DNA of 47,080 bases, taken from a virus. Its lineage: Duplodnaviria > Caudoviricetes. Positions within the stretch are counted from its first letter, which is position 1. Each line of letters begins with the position of its first letter. The DNA is taken from IMG/VR virus record IMGVR_UViG_3300020325_000026, positions 1 through 47,080 of that record; one strand, 5' to 3'. Positions 34,921 through 45,547 of the stretch are shown here, in pieces. The notes beneath the pieces were generated by a model. That model was not told the DNA's origin, did not search any database, and saw nothing but the letters and a program-made list of their open reading frames with translations. The position numbers and the translations under genes are program-made.

Positions 34921-36107
34921 TGCTTCTGCAGAGTGAAGTTGTTGTATGCAAACTCCAAGCGATTAACAAACTTAATCATACTGCCATCTTTGTGCAGAAC
35001 ATATCCCTCAGGAGTTGTGACCTTATAACCTTTCTCAGTTTGAACGTATGTTCTAAACTCTTCCAAGTGGTCCAGTTTATCTATAACCATTTGCTTAACT
35101 GTCTGTAGTTCTTTGTACAGAGCAAGCATTGCTTTGAACTTATCCTTATTCTTTTCAACGTACAACTGACTACCATAGACAAGTTCTCTCTTCTTAGTCA
35201 GGTTTGCAACTGTCTTGATCTTTGCAAGTTCCTTTTCCATCTTGTCACCATAGAAGTTCAACATGGCATACATTGCTTTATCAACATCACTGATGCTACG
35301 AGCATTCTTAATCTCATTGTTAAAGAACTGCTTTAGGTATGATGCAATATGAAACTTCTTATCTCCTGTAGTACCAGTAGCATCTACCAGTTCATCTAAG
35401 AATGGACCACACTCCCTACACATACGTTCAATCTTAGAAACATAGTTATCAAACTTCTGCATCTCTGTTCTAGAGAATCCCACACGATCCATTGGAGTAT
35501 CATTCTTAATTACCAATGCATTGGTAGATCCATTTACATTTGCACCAGCTCTTGCTTGCATAGTAGGAAGATCAGTTCCAGTGTAGTGAGTGTGAAATAC
35601 TACACCAATCTTTGCTCTACCTGCTGCCTGACCGATAGGATGATCTGTAGGAATACCATAGGTGATAGTATTGGGTCTGAATGTGTAAAGTCTTTCACCA
35701 TTGATAACTTCAGTTTTCAATGTGCTATCAGTGAACATCAGGTCTCCCTGCACAACACCTTCAATACCCAGTTCACCAAAATACTTCAGAGCAAACTTGA
35801 GTTTTTCAGCAAGGTCACCCTCATACCACTCATCAATCTGACTATCAACAAAACATAGTTTGGGAGCAGTCTTTGCAAAGACAGACTTAGTTCCAACAAA
35901 GAACATACCAGATGCAGGATCTGTACCACAGATAACAGATGGAGCACCATCCCATTTGGTTTGCATGAAACCACTGTTCTCCTGATGTCCAAGCATCTTC
36001 CTCAGTTCCTTAAGGAAACCAACAGCAGCTTTACATCCCTCAACTCCATAGTTGAGCATTTCATCCTCAAGATGTTCTAAGTGTTTTAGTTGAGTTACGT
36101 TTGCCAT
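34911..36107 (-). CDS. T4-like conserved hypothetical protein with ligase/nucleotidyltransferase-like motifs
   Basis: HLEHLED, TKWDGAP (KxDG), QGD, PEGYV, KFVNRLEF. Confidence 0.75.
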   Translation of the reverse strand: MANVTQLKHLEHLEDEMLNYGVEGCKAAVGFLKELRKMLGHQENSGFMQTKWDGAPSVICGTDPASGMFFVGTKSVFAKTAPKLCFVDSQIDEWYEGDLAEKLKFALKYFGELGIEGVVQGDLMFTDSTLKTEVINGERLYTFRPNTITYGIPTDHPIGQAAGRAKIGVVFHTHYTGTDLPTMQARAGANVNGSTNALVIKNDTPMDRVGFSRTEMQKFDNYVSKIERMCRECGPFLDELVDATGTTGDKKFHIASYLKQFFNNEIKNARSISDVDKAMYAMLNFYGDKMEKELAKIKTVANLTKKRELVYGSQLYVEKNKDKFKAMLALYKELQTVKQMVIDKLDHLEEFRTYVQTEKGYKVTTPEGYVLHKDGSMIKFVNRLEFAYNNFTLQKQWR

Positions 36108-37537
36108 TAGGAGATCTTGATGTACGGTGCAGAATTATCAGAAGCAGATGTTGCATACAGATATATTCTAGTAGTTATCTCATCACGTTCATCTTTAGAC
36201 CCACTCATCATTCTGTCAACAACCTCAAGACCGATATACTTAGCAAATTTCCACTGAGGTCTCATCCTAGAAATCTCTTCTAGATTAGTGGACTCATCAT
36301 TACCCATGACAAAACTCTTGTTCTTAGTGGCAAGATCAAAGATCCTTTTGTCTAGTCCATTGCCCCTAGAAGCAACCGATACTGCTGCAGCATTAGGGTA
36401 GTTCTTCCACACCCCATTGCCCTCGCCGTAGACCGATTCCATGATGTAGTTCATGACTCCTCCACCTACTTTACCATGCTTTGCGGCAGTTCCCATAACT
36501 TCACCCTGCCATGTCTTGCCTTCAGCATCTGTTGCCCTGAACTGGACGCTGACGCCCTGACCCTTCACGTAAACGTCCATGGATCCCATCAGAGTTTTTG
36601 ATCCAACACTCTCGAATGGTTTCTTGACTGTCAGTGATGCTCTGGTAAAGTTATGCTCTGTTAGATTTGCTTGACTGGATGTCACTTTCTTTAGAGATAC
36701 ACCAATCAATTTCTTTTCTTTGATTAGTTTTTTCAACACTTTATTGATACCGCCTCGGAATATCATTTCATCAGTGATCATACTGGTGTCAAAATCATGT
36801 GAACACATGTAGATATCAGCAGGTGTCCATTTGTTAATGTTAGAGAATGGTCTGCCATCAGCAGCATTTACTTTCTTGAAATGACCTTCAACTATGTTGA
36901 CAATGGAAGTTCCTCTGTGGAATTTAAACTTGGTATTTCTATACTTGGTTGCACCATATAATTTGTTTGCCGTCTTGATACTTGACTTCATCCATGAAGG
37001 ATCATTGATCAAGAACTCATGTATTTTTCCTAGAGGTTCGTCTGTATCAACAGAACCAGACACTGCTTCTAAATCTTCTAGGGTTACAATATACTCAGGA
37101 TCAATATCCTTTCTTAGTGAGTATCTGTATGCTGTCATCCAACATGCTGCTCCTTCAAATAGAGCAGTTGCATCAGCACCACCACCAGATCCTTTGTTGC
37201 TACCGAACTGGGTGGTCTTTTTAATCTTAGTAAGGGTGATATCAGTAGAAACGTTCTTCTTCGCTTGTTTCTTGATTTCTTTTAAAACTTTCTTGCCAGA
37301 ATACTTTGCTGCAAAATTGTTTAGGTTTGTCTTGTCAGGAGAATCGAATGCTAGTTTCCCATCGATTACATCTTTCATGTCACTAAGGACAGCATCAGAT
37401 GTCATGATTAGTGCTTTGCCACCACTCACAACTTCTATGAGTTCTCTGTTTACAATAGCATCATAGAGGACACGCAAGCGAATGCCACCACCTGATGGTG
37501 CATCCTTGCCGTAATCGCCCATGGTCATTGCTGCCAT
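36107..37537 (-). CDS. Hypothetical protein with PD-(D/E)XK-like nuclease motif
   Basis: T.LFE, NKWTPADIY, IGVSLKK; strong GGGAGG SD. Confidence 0.7.
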   Translation of the reverse strand: MAAMTMGDYGKDAPSGGGIRLRVLYDAIVNRELIEVVSGGKALIMTSDAVLSDMKDVIDGKLAFDSPDKTNLNNFAAKYSGKKVLKEIKKQAKKNVSTDITLTKIKKTTQFGSNKGSGGGADATALFEGAACWMTAYRYSLRKDIDPEYIVTLEDLEAVSGSVDTDEPLGKIHEFLINDPSWMKSSIKTANKLYGATKYRNTKFKFHRGTSIVNIVEGHFKKVNAADGRPFSNINKWTPADIYMCSHDFDTSMITDEMIFRGGINKVLKKLIKEKKLIGVSLKKVTSSQANLTEHNFTRASLTVKKPFESVGSKTLMGSMDVYVKGQGVSVQFRATDAEGKTWQGEVMGTAAKHGKVGGGVMNYIMESVYGEGNGVWKNYPNAAAVSVASRGNGLDKRIFDLATKNKSFVMGNDESTNLEEISRMRPQWKFAKYIGLEVVDRMMSGSKDERDEITTRIYLYATSASDNSAPYIKIS

Positions 37538-37540
37538 TAG

Positions 37541-37575
37541 AAAAACCTCCCGTCTAACTATTTAGAGGGGAGGTT
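37541..37575 (-). promoter_or_regulatory. Hairpin (terminator/RBS-sequestering) containing a late promoter cTAAATA
   Basis: AACCTCCC-C-TCTAA-ATAG-TTAGA-C-GGGAGGTT followed by TTT; SD lies in the 3' arm. Confidence 0.75.
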
Positions 37576-37755
37576 GAGATAATCCTTTTCACTTTGGTAG
37601 GGGTGCGATTCACCTGACCATATTTTATATCCTTCATGTAGTTCTGGCAAGAGCCACTGGTCCACTCTGTAGCAATACTTCAAGTTGGCGGGTTGAATAC
37701 AATTCATCACAACCACTTGAAAAAATGCTACCGTGTGGATCCAGAGAGTTAACAT
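37558..37755 (-). CDS. Small hypothetical protein
   Basis: [26 protein letters not shown]; coupled to the petF stop. Confidence 0.65.
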   Translation of the reverse strand: MLTLWIHTVAFFQVVVMNCIQPANLKYCYRVDQWLLPELHEGYKIWSGESHPYQSEKDYLNLPSK

Positions 37756-38042
37756 CAATAAAGTTCTTCTTCTTTTTCAGATTCAATAACTACATCACTC
37801 GTGGGGTAAGACACACAGGTGAGTAGGAATCCTGCTTCGATCTGATCATCATCGAGGAAAGATTGATCCTCTTGATTCACAGTTCCTTCTACAACCTTGC
37901 CAGCACACGTAGAGCATGCACCAGCACGGCAGGAGTATGGAAGATCCAGACCTGCTTCATCAGCAGCATCTAGAATGTATTGGTCATCAGCACAATCGAA
38001 AGTGGTTTCAGTGCCGTCGCTTTGTCTAATTGTTACGTTCAT
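37755..38042 (-). CDS. petF: Plant-type [2Fe-2S] ferredoxin
   Basis: [15 protein letters not shown]...DQSFLDDDQ...LTCV. Confidence 0.97.
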   Translation of the reverse strand: MNVTIRQSDGTETTFDCADDQYILDAADEAGLDLPYSCRAGACSTCAGKVVEGTVNQEDQSFLDDDQIEAGFLLTCVSYPTSDVVIESEKEEELY

Positions 38043-38443
38043 CGGTCGTTTGCTTTGCGGTTTTCGGAAAAGTAAGAATCAAAAGTGCCATCAGGATATC
38101 TCTTAGACAGCTTCTTGATGTTAGTATCTAGCACTTCTTCCATACTGATACCTAGGGATTGTGTTGCTTGAGCAACATACCACATGATATCACCCAACTC
38201 AATGATAAGATGCTCACGGTTATCTTCATTCCAAGGTTTGCCTTGGAAAACCATCTTCTTAATGATCTCAAGGAATTCACCACCTTCAGCGTTAATCCCA
38301 ACACCACTAGTAAGAAGACGCTCAATATTGGCACCCTCACGATCCAACTCGCCAATACGATCAGCGAAATCAACAAAGTTTGTTGAAGGTTCTGAAGTAA
38401 CCTGTGAAACAAACTCTTCATAACGGGAGAAATTGATAGTCAT
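38039..38443 (-). CDS. mazG: MazG-like nucleotide pyrophosphohydrolase
   Basis: AEGGEF...ELGDIMWY...N..KL..RYP. Confidence 0.9.
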   Translation of the reverse strand: MTINFSRYEEFVSQVTSEPSTNFVDFADRIGELDREGANIERLLTSGVGINAEGGEFLEIIKKMVFQGKPWNEDNREHLIIELGDIMWYVAQATQSLGISMEEVLDTNIKKLSKRYPDGTFDSYFSENRKANDR

Positions 38444-39900
38444 AGAATTAGATTCTTAATAGATTGATAGTTGCGTTGTACAATTTTTCTATCGAGTTGG
38501 TCTTTAAAGTTTTCGATAGCGACTGTAATGGTTTTCCAGTCAATGTCACATTCTAACACACGACGGACTGTATCAGGATTATAGTGACCCAATCCAATTA
38601 GGGTTGGGATCCACAGTCCGATACCAGCATGACCATGATATGAATCCACATCATAATCCCTAAGCAGGCGAACGTCATGAAGGTGCATTAGTCTACTGAC
38701 TTGTTCTGGATACTCTACCTCAGTAAAGTGTTTCCAGAATGGTGTGTTTGTTTTACCACCAGTGTAATGTATGAAGATGAAGTCTTTCATGTCATCATAC
38801 ATTTTAGCATATCTTTTATTATATCTGTCAACAGAAACTTGATCTCTCAAGATACAATCATCTTGTAAGAATGTAAAGATAAACTCATCTAGTTGCTGCA
38901 GACTGCAGTGCAGACTAGTTGCTTGTAGTGGTTCAAAGAATGCTGCTGATAGACCTAATGCTAAACAGTTGCCAGACATAATCTTAGAGAGTCTACCAGA
39001 AGAAAACTCAATAGATTTAATCTTCTCAACACCAGTATTGTATCTGTCCTCTAGTTCTTTGATGGCAGTTTGCTCATCAGAGTATTTGCTAGAGTAACAG
39101 TACCCCCTACCAATTCTATTCTTAGTAGGAATCTCCCATACCCAACCGCTGTTCATAGCAACAGCATTTGTGTAAGAGTGTTTCTCTGCAGTATCATTCT
39201 CCAATCTAAAAGGCATGCCTCTATCGATAGGAAGATAATGAGAGTAATCAATCCATTCACTGTCAGTTAGTTGTCTCTTGAAACCAGTGCAGTCAATATA
39301 GAAATTAGAAAAATATTCACCATAGTTTTCTAGAAGAAGACTAGTGATATCACCATCTTCTCTACGGACTTCTAAGACAGTATCAATGATATGATTGATT
39401 TGTGATTTAGACTTTAGATATTCTACGAGTTTACCAGCATCTAAATGTAATGCTGGATAGAACTCATCATACTGTAGAGAACCATCAAACTTACGAATGA
39501 GATTTGTATATCCAGTCTTTGCTAAGTATCCTGACTCATTGCAATCTGTGACATCTTTACCTAATAAAGGAGCAGCATACACAGAATAATCAATGTATGT
39601 TTTTGATGTAGCAGAAGCACCAATAGGAGACATGTAATCTCCCTTGTCAGACCACCCAACAAAATTAATACCCATCTTGGGTAAGGCATCAATGCTACGA
39701 ATGAATTCGTATGAATCAATACCGTATTGTTCTCTTGCTAAGATCTCAAGAACTTTACTAGTGGTTCCCTCTCCTACACCAACAGAAGCAATGTCAGATG
39801 ATTCAATAAGATCAATCTGAATATTTGGTTTGGTTTTTGATATTAGGAAAGCAGCGAACCATCCAGCAGTACCGCCACCTACGATTGTTAAACGTTCCAT
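38440..39900 (-). CDS. Flavin-dependent halogenase (tryptophan halogenase PrnA/VirX1 family)
   Basis: GGGTAG, VGVGEGT, LPKMGI (catalytic Lys), IDCTGF, WVWEIP (WxWxIP), FFEPLQATS. Confidence 0.9.
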   Translation of the reverse strand: MERLTIVGGGTAGWFAAFLISKTKPNIQIDLIESSDIASVGVGEGTTSKVLEILAREQYGIDSYEFIRSIDALPKMGINFVGWSDKGDYMSPIGASATSKTYIDYSVYAAPLLGKDVTDCNESGYLAKTGYTNLIRKFDGSLQYDEFYPALHLDAGKLVEYLKSKSQINHIIDTVLEVRREDGDITSLLLENYGEYFSNFYIDCTGFKRQLTDSEWIDYSHYLPIDRGMPFRLENDTAEKHSYTNAVAMNSGWVWEIPTKNRIGRGYCYSSKYSDEQTAIKELEDRYNTGVEKIKSIEFSSGRLSKIMSGNCLALGLSAAFFEPLQATSLHCSLQQLDEFIFTFLQDDCILRDQVSVDRYNKRYAKMYDDMKDFIFIHYTGGKTNTPFWKHFTEVEYPEQVSRLMHLHDVRLLRDYDVDSYHGHAGIGLWIPTLIGLGHYNPDTVRRVLECDIDWKTITVAIENFKDQLDRKIVQRNYQSIKNLIL

Positions 39901-41276
39901 TCAGCAAATTTAGATAGACGGTTTTGTGATTCAGCGAACTGGGAGAACTGTTCTCCTGTGTCCTCTGAGTCGATGCTAATGGCAGAAGCATCGTCCGCTA
40001 CATCATACAGCTTCATTTTGGATCTGTCAATTCCCACCATGAATTTTCTAGAGGTAGCGAGGTCTGAGTACCTGTTCTTAAGTTGTTTGACCATGATGCG
40101 ACCCTGTTGTTCAAGCTCCTCAGTAGAGATAAGGGCAAACATAAAATCAGCAGTGGCAGGAAGACCAAAAGACTCAGAAGTATCGGTAAGATCTGGATCA
40201 CTATTGCCAAAACCAGCACGAGTGGTCTGAGTAGCACTAACAATAGGGAGATTAAATTCCACAGCAAGACCCCGAAGCTCCTCAGCAATCGCTTTGACAT
40301 ACGTGTAAGAGTTGACAACAGCACCTTTATACCTCGAACTAGCACATATATTAAGATAGTCGATGAAGATGATGTTAGGTTTGAAATCTTTCTTAAGAGA
40401 AAGATCACTCAGCAATGCTTTGAAATGACCTACGTGTGCTGATGCTGTGGGATATTCCTTGATAATAAGTTTACCCCTAGTCTTCCTAGCAATCTCATTG
40501 ACTTTACTATTGAAGAGAACTTCAGGGATCTCAACAATATCTTTTACAGGAACGTTCAGAAGATTTGCATCAATTCGTTCAGCAATTTTTTCCTCTGCCA
40601 TTTCACATGTAATGTAGAGAACGTTGTAGTTCTCGCTGAGCGCGGCAGCAGCCGCATGGCACATGAATAGAGACTTCCCGACGCCTGTACCAGCAAGAGC
40701 GATGTTGAGAGTCTTGTTAGAGAGACCACCTTTCGTGATAAAGTTAAACTTTTCGAGATCGAAGGGAACCTTTTCTTCCTTACGGTGGTAGAATTCATAT
40801 CTGTCTGTTGCTTGTTCAATGTAGTCGTGTCCGATGTGTTCATCAAATGATACTGCCAAGGCTTCTTGGAGAATGGAGGGTATCGCATCTCGCGAAAGTT
40901 TTTTATCGCCTCCGTCCGCGATCTTGATGGATTGCATGAGTGCCAAGTATATAGCTCTGTCTTTGCACCACTTTTCTGTGGAGTCACAGAGCCAGTCGAA
41001 GTCAACCCATTCGTCTGATAGGGAGGATACTGTCGATAGCGAATCTTGGAACGACTCGTCAGTAAGGTCATTACGATTTTGGAGATTAATCGCAAGGACT
41101 TCTTTAGTAGGAACTTTGTCATACTTAGAAGCGAAGTCAGCGATCTCTTCAAAGATAATTCTTTCATGATATTCTTGGAAGTAATCTGCTTTCAAAAAAG
41201 GAACTACCTTACGATAATACTGTTCTGAAAAGATCAGGTTTCGTAAGATAGTTGTTTCAATACGCTCAGTTGCCAT
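39888..41276 (-). CDS. gp41: T4-like replicative DNA helicase
   Basis: AGTGVGKS Walker [39 protein letters not shown]. Confidence 0.97.
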   Translation of the reverse strand: MATERIETTILRNLIFSEQYYRKVVPFLKADYFQEYHERIIFEEIADFASKYDKVPTKEVLAINLQNRNDLTDESFQDSLSTVSSLSDEWVDFDWLCDSTEKWCKDRAIYLALMQSIKIADGGDKKLSRDAIPSILQEALAVSFDEHIGHDYIEQATDRYEFYHRKEEKVPFDLEKFNFITKGGLSNKTLNIALAGTGVGKSLFMCHAAAAALSENYNVLYITCEMAEEKIAERIDANLLNVPVKDIVEIPEVLFNSKVNEIARKTRGKLIIKEYPTASAHVGHFKALLSDLSLKKDFKPNIIFIDYLNICASSRYKGAVVNSYTYVKAIAEELRGLAVEFNLPIVSATQTTRAGFGNSDPDLTDTSESFGLPATADFMFALISTEELEQQGRIMVKQLKNRYSDLATSRKFMVGIDRSKMKLYDVADDASAISIDSEDTGEQFSQFAESQNRLSKFAEWNV

Positions 41277-42282
41277 AGGAGAATTCTTTCTTCGCTGCTT
41301 CTTCTAGTTTTTCCATCACTTCTTCTGTGAAGTATTTTTCGGGATCAGAAAGTACAGCAGAAGGATAAACGGAAGATTCCCCAATAAGGACCCGATTACC
41401 GTTCTTCCCGAAGACTCCGTACTCGATACCCAGTTCCAGTAAGCCGTAGTATTTGTCAAGACCTCGCTCGTCGAAAAATAGACGTGTTGCAACTTTACTT
41501 CCCTCCACGGTTAGGCGAGACTTCTTTGCCTCGCATTTGATAATGTTACCTACCACTTCTTTCTTGCTATCACGCTCCTTAGACTTGCTGAGATAGATGA
41601 TAGTGGAAGCAGCATACTTGAGACCTGTACCGCCTCCCATCTCCTTTGTAGGGACATAGGAACCAATCACGTCATAGGTGTGGTTAGTGACCAGCATAGG
41701 CACCTGTGCCTGTCCTAGTTTGAGTGTGAGCACACGAAAGGCACCCTTGATCAACTGACTCTTAGTCATGTCTCGGACCTGCTTGTCATTGGCAACGTCC
41801 TCCATCTCCTTATTGGTTGAAAGCATACCAAGAGAGTCTAGCACAAACATCATAGGTTGTCGTTTGTCCTTAGGTTCCTTCATGTACTTATCAACAATAC
41901 GGCATGCCTGAGTCCTGAACTCCTCGATGGTAGCAACAGGGAACAGCACCATACGTTGACTGTCGATACCACGTGACTCAATCATGTCACGGGAAATGGC
42001 GGATTCAGTTTCAAAATAAATGACACCACCATCAGGATTAGAATCAAGGAAATTACGAACGACAGAAAGAGCAAAGAAAGTCTTGCCCGTGCTTGATTCT
42101 CCTGCCAAGGCCGTAACCTTATTGGCAGGAAGACCTCCAAAAAGGGAACCACTAACCAAGGCATTAAAGATATAACTGCCAGTATCAACGTAGTTAGTAA
42201 TGTCGCCAGCAGCGACTCCTTCACTGACCAAACCAGCAAATTCATTTCCACTGTCCTTAATTACGGTGTCTAAGAATCCCAT
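41266..42282 (-). CDS. uvsX: RecA-like recombinase UvsX
   Basis: [29 protein letters not shown]. Confidence 0.95.
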   Translation of the reverse strand: MGFLDTVIKDSGNEFAGLVSEGVAAGDITNYVDTGSYIFNALVSGSLFGGLPANKVTALAGESSTGKTFFALSVVRNFLDSNPDGGVIYFETESAISRDMIESRGIDSQRMVLFPVATIEEFRTQACRIVDKYMKEPKDKRQPMMFVLDSLGMLSTNKEMEDVANDKQVRDMTKSQLIKGAFRVLTLKLGQAQVPMLVTNHTYDVIGSYVPTKEMGGGTGLKYAASTIIYLSKSKERDSKKEVVGNIIKCEAKKSRLTVEGSKVATRLFFDERGLDKYYGLLELGIEYGVFGKNGNRVLIGESSVYPSAVLSDPEKYFTEEVMEKLEEAAKKEFSYGN

Positions 42283-42446
42283 TGCGTTACTTCATCCTCA
42301 TAGAAATTTACATAATTATACTGCTGTCGCATCAGTTTAGCAAATGCGAGAGCAGTGTGGTGGTCCTCAAAACATTTGATGTCTTCAGAACCAACCTGTC
42401 CCACGACGTGGTTTGTCCAAGTAACTACAAAAACTTTCTTGCTCAT
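42270..42446 (-). CDS. Small hypothetical protein (58 aa)
   Basis: [10 protein letters not shown] start in ATGA overlap with the gp43 stop; fills the gp43-uvsX gap. Confidence 0.7.
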   Translation of the reverse strand: MSKKVFVVTWTNHVVGQVGSEDIKCFEDHHTALAFAKLMRQQYNYVNFYEDEVTQWDS

Positions 42447-44932
42447 GAAAAGAAACTGGAAATGGTAATGGTTTTCTCGTGGGTCCAACCAATACATTGT
42501 AACACATTTTTGAGAGGTTCCAAGAAGGACTTCTCAAATTGTGTTTGATAGTCCACATATTTCTCGATACCAAACTCCTTCGGCAACTCACCAAAGAAAC
42601 TGATGATGTTCTCGTGTAATGGATTTGGTGTCTTGAGATACATGAACTTGATCTTCTCACCTTCTTGAATGAGAGGATGCTTGTTCTCTACCTTGTACTT
42701 CTTTACATAGTGATTATAAAGAAGAGCACCCCTTACTGCAATGGGTGTTCCTTTCTGGTAAATCTCAGTTGGGTGGCGATATTTTGCCAGGTTGTTACAT
42801 CCTCTGGGGAAGGCGACTTCTGAGTAATGTTGGTTTCTCGTCTCTGTTCGGACATCATTGATAAAACTGATAAGCTCATCATTTGTCTTGCCGATAATAA
42901 TCTTAAACGCTGCATACAATTTGTCTCTAAAATACGCTGGTGTCGATGACCTAGCAGTTTCAAGACCCATGATCTTCATCTTGGGTTCCTTGTATCTAAC
43001 TCCCTCAGAGTCCCAGACGTTGAGAATGTAACGTTTCTTTGCAGTCCAGATGCCACGATCAGCGATGTTCTCTCGCTTCATGCTCATCTTTTGGTCATAC
43101 GCCGATACGTAGTCCGCAAGTTCTTGGTATGAACGTTCAATAAAAGGTTCAAGTTTCTCTTGGCAGATCTTGTCAAGTAACGCCACAACTGCTGCTTTGT
43201 CGCCAGACTTAGAACTAAGAAATTTATTAACAAGAGGTCCAAGGTTAAGATAGATTGAGTCAGTGTCAGATGCAATGACATAATCCTCCTTCTCTGTGGA
43301 GAGCAACTTATTTAGGTATTCGTTCATACGGTTTTCAATCCAACGGATTGAGACCTGACCACTCAGCGTGATTGCTTCAGCATTAGCTAGACGGTAATAT
43401 CGGAAGTGTTCATTACCGATAGCACCATAGGCAGAGTTGAGAGAGATCTTCTTTGCCATCTGAATATTATTACAGCGAGCGATCTCTTTCATCAGTTCAA
43501 CAGTAGGAGTTTTTTCATACTCCTGCTTCGCCTTGATCATCTTCTTCTTGAAGATAACACGACTGTCATACATCTTCTTCATCATTTGTGGCAAGAACCC
43601 ATGCTTATCTTTACGATACTGGGCACCATTTGCACACACAGCAAACTCACCGTCAATCTCTACCTGTTTATCAAGTATCTTATCAACGGTTGCCGATGAA
43701 TGTCTGGCATCTTGGAGGGTCTCGGGCGAGATATTGTACTGCATAATAAGATGAGGATATAGACTGTTGAGATCAAAAGAGACCACCCAATCATAAAACC
43801 CAGGAATCGGTTCTTTGACATATGCACCTGCATACTTTTCCGTCTTAGTCGCTTCCTTCTTTGGCGGGATAGCAATCTTACGCTTTAGAAGTTCGCAGTA
43901 AATATAGTTATCCCACATGCGAACCTGACTAAACACATCTTCATAATTCACCTTGGCGTCATATGCCATGGTGTATGCAAGTTCAATCAGTTTCATCTTG
44001 TCATCCAGTTTGTCCACCAGGCGAACGTCATGGATGTTGTACTCAATGAACTTCTGCCAGTCTTTCTCGTAGAACTCTTTGAAAGTATCAAACTCAGAGT
44101 GATCGAGTTTCTTTTCATTCAATTCTACAGAACAAATATGATCAAGACGATATGACTCTTGGTTTGTGTAAGTAAACTTCTTATACAATTCAAGATAATC
44201 AAGCGTGGAGATACCCAGCATGTCGATAGAAAAATTCTTACGACCTTTGATGAAGATCTCACGTTTTGATACGAGTTTCCATGGTGACAGAAGTTTTACA
44301 TACTTCTCACCAAGGACACGATCAATACGATTGTGGATGTACGGCATATCGAACAACTGCACGTTCCATCCAGTAATCACATCTGGAAAGTTTTCCTGCC
44401 AGTATTCCAGGAATGCGCCCAACATGCTTTCTTCTGATCGGAAATGCATGTAGTCCACCATGGTGTCTTGGTTACTGAATGCTCTCGCTCCGAACACAAC
44501 AATCCGACCAGAGAAACTATCTTTGATTGAGATGGCAAGGATTTCCTGATCGGCAGTTTCGATATCTGGAAATCCGTTTTCGGCAGCGGTTTCAATATCG
44601 ATGGTAAATACACGGATCTTTGAGGAGTCGAACTTGAGTTCTTCCTCAGGATGTTCCTCAGCAATGTACTGATACAAGAACCTAGAGTTACCATAGATCT
44701 GAAAATCCTCTACCTCTTTATATTGCTTAACGAAATCTCTTGCCTCAGCAATCGATCCAAACTTGTGAGGTTCTACACAGTCACCTTCTAGTGTTCTCCA
44801 CTCAGAATAATTCTTAGTAGGCAGATACATCGTGGGGTTGAAAGGGACCCTCACGCTGTAACGATTGCCATTTTCATAACCACGGACAAGCAGACGGTTG
44901 CCTGCTTGCTCAACACTAGTGTAAAACTTCAT
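42443..44932 (-). CDS. gp43: Family B DNA polymerase
   Basis: DIET (Exo I), GWN..FD, YN..DV, DLNSLYP, KISLNSAYG, SDTDS, KKRY. Confidence 0.98.
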   Translation of the reverse strand: MKFYTSVEQAGNRLLVRGYENGNRYSVRVPFNPTMYLPTKNYSEWRTLEGDCVEPHKFGSIAEARDFVKQYKEVEDFQIYGNSRFLYQYIAEEHPEEELKFDSSKIRVFTIDIETAAENGFPDIETADQEILAISIKDSFSGRIVVFGARAFSNQDTMVDYMHFRSEESMLGAFLEYWQENFPDVITGWNVQLFDMPYIHNRIDRVLGEKYVKLLSPWKLVSKREIFIKGRKNFSIDMLGISTLDYLELYKKFTYTNQESYRLDHICSVELNEKKLDHSEFDTFKEFYEKDWQKFIEYNIHDVRLVDKLDDKMKLIELAYTMAYDAKVNYEDVFSQVRMWDNYIYCELLKRKIAIPPKKEATKTEKYAGAYVKEPIPGFYDWVVSFDLNSLYPHLIMQYNISPETLQDARHSSATVDKILDKQVEIDGEFAVCANGAQYRKDKHGFLPQMMKKMYDSRVIFKKKMIKAKQEYEKTPTVELMKEIARCNNIQMAKKISLNSAYGAIGNEHFRYYRLANAEAITLSGQVSIRWIENRMNEYLNKLLSTEKEDYVIASDTDSIYLNLGPLVNKFLSSKSGDKAAVVALLDKICQEKLEPFIERSYQELADYVSAYDQKMSMKRENIADRGIWTAKKRYILNVWDSEGVRYKEPKMKIMGLETARSSTPAYFRDKLYAAFKIIIGKTNDELISFINDVRTETRNQHYSEVAFPRGCNNLAKYRHPTEIYQKGTPIAVRGALLYNHYVKKYKVENKHPLIQEGEKIKFMYLKTPNPLHENIISFFGELPKEFGIEKYVDYQTQFEKSFLEPLKNVLQCIGWTHEKTITISSFFS

Positions 44933-45186
44933 TCAAGACATTCAATATATCTAGCAAGGATTGCCTTGCTGGGGTTGGTCACGACAGTCAAGTCCGAAGA
45001 CCTGACATTAAATTCACGCTCAGAAGAATGCTCTGCCCATGGAACCAGTTGACCTTCGTAGTCTACCAGATACGGTTCGATCATCCAGACATCAGGGTCA
45101 CCTGGCAAGGTGTCCCCTTCAACTGGTTCTACTTGGGCGATGATCCATTCATTCTGCAGCTTGATCAGGTTGGCTGTCAGTTCCAT
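44929..45186 (-). CDS. Small beta-rich hypothetical protein (paralog 3 of 3)
   Basis: Start MELTANLIKL at 45186; EPY...W...NP...Y pattern. Confidence 0.7.
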   Translation of the reverse strand: MELTANLIKLQNEWIIAQVEPVEGDTLPGDPDVWMIEPYLVDYEGQLVPWAEHSSEREFNVRSSDLTVVTNPSKAILARYIECLE

Positions 45187-45547
45187 TAACTTGTTCCTCA
45201 GTAAAGAATAGATCTGCTTCAGTAATACCATACTGAGCTAGTTCACCAACATAGTTGGTAAGGATACCATCATCAGGGAACGTTACGCTAACAATGTGTT
45301 CACCATTCAGTTTGAATTCCTGAACAGGGGTGTATGGACACCAGCGAGAATATGTGATAGGAATAGTACCGTCTTCGTTTGCTTCACCCAAATTCAGGAT
45401 GAATGGATACAACATCTTATATCCAATGACTTGTTCGTTTTCCCTGATGTCACCAAACAAACAGAGAATTGTTTGATTAGTCGATAGGATCACTAGGCGA
45501 ACGTTGTGGTTCGTCCTCAGTTGCGGGGGTTGTGGTGTTTCTGTCAT
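45149..45547 (-). CDS. Hypothetical protein (paralog 2 of 3)
   Basis: YPF...WCPY...FP...Y pattern. Confidence 0.75.
   Translation of the reverse strand: MTETPQPPQLRTNHNVRLVILSTNQTILCLFGDIRENEQVIGYKMLYPFILNLGEANEDGTIPITYSRWCPYTPVQEFKLNGEHIVSVTFPDDGILTNYVGELAQYGITEADLFFTEEQVNGTDSQPDQAAE

Noticed and set aside
40556-41167. 203-aa alternative-frame ORF within gp41
   Set aside because: Ser/Leu/Thr/Lys-rich composition typical of shifted frames in genes with T/C-ending codons; no SD or promoter support, although overprinting cannot be fully excluded
26353-44932. Introns or inteins in nrdA, nrdB, gp41 or gp43
   Set aside because: All are uninterrupted, of ordinary length and lack intein C/S...HN signatures
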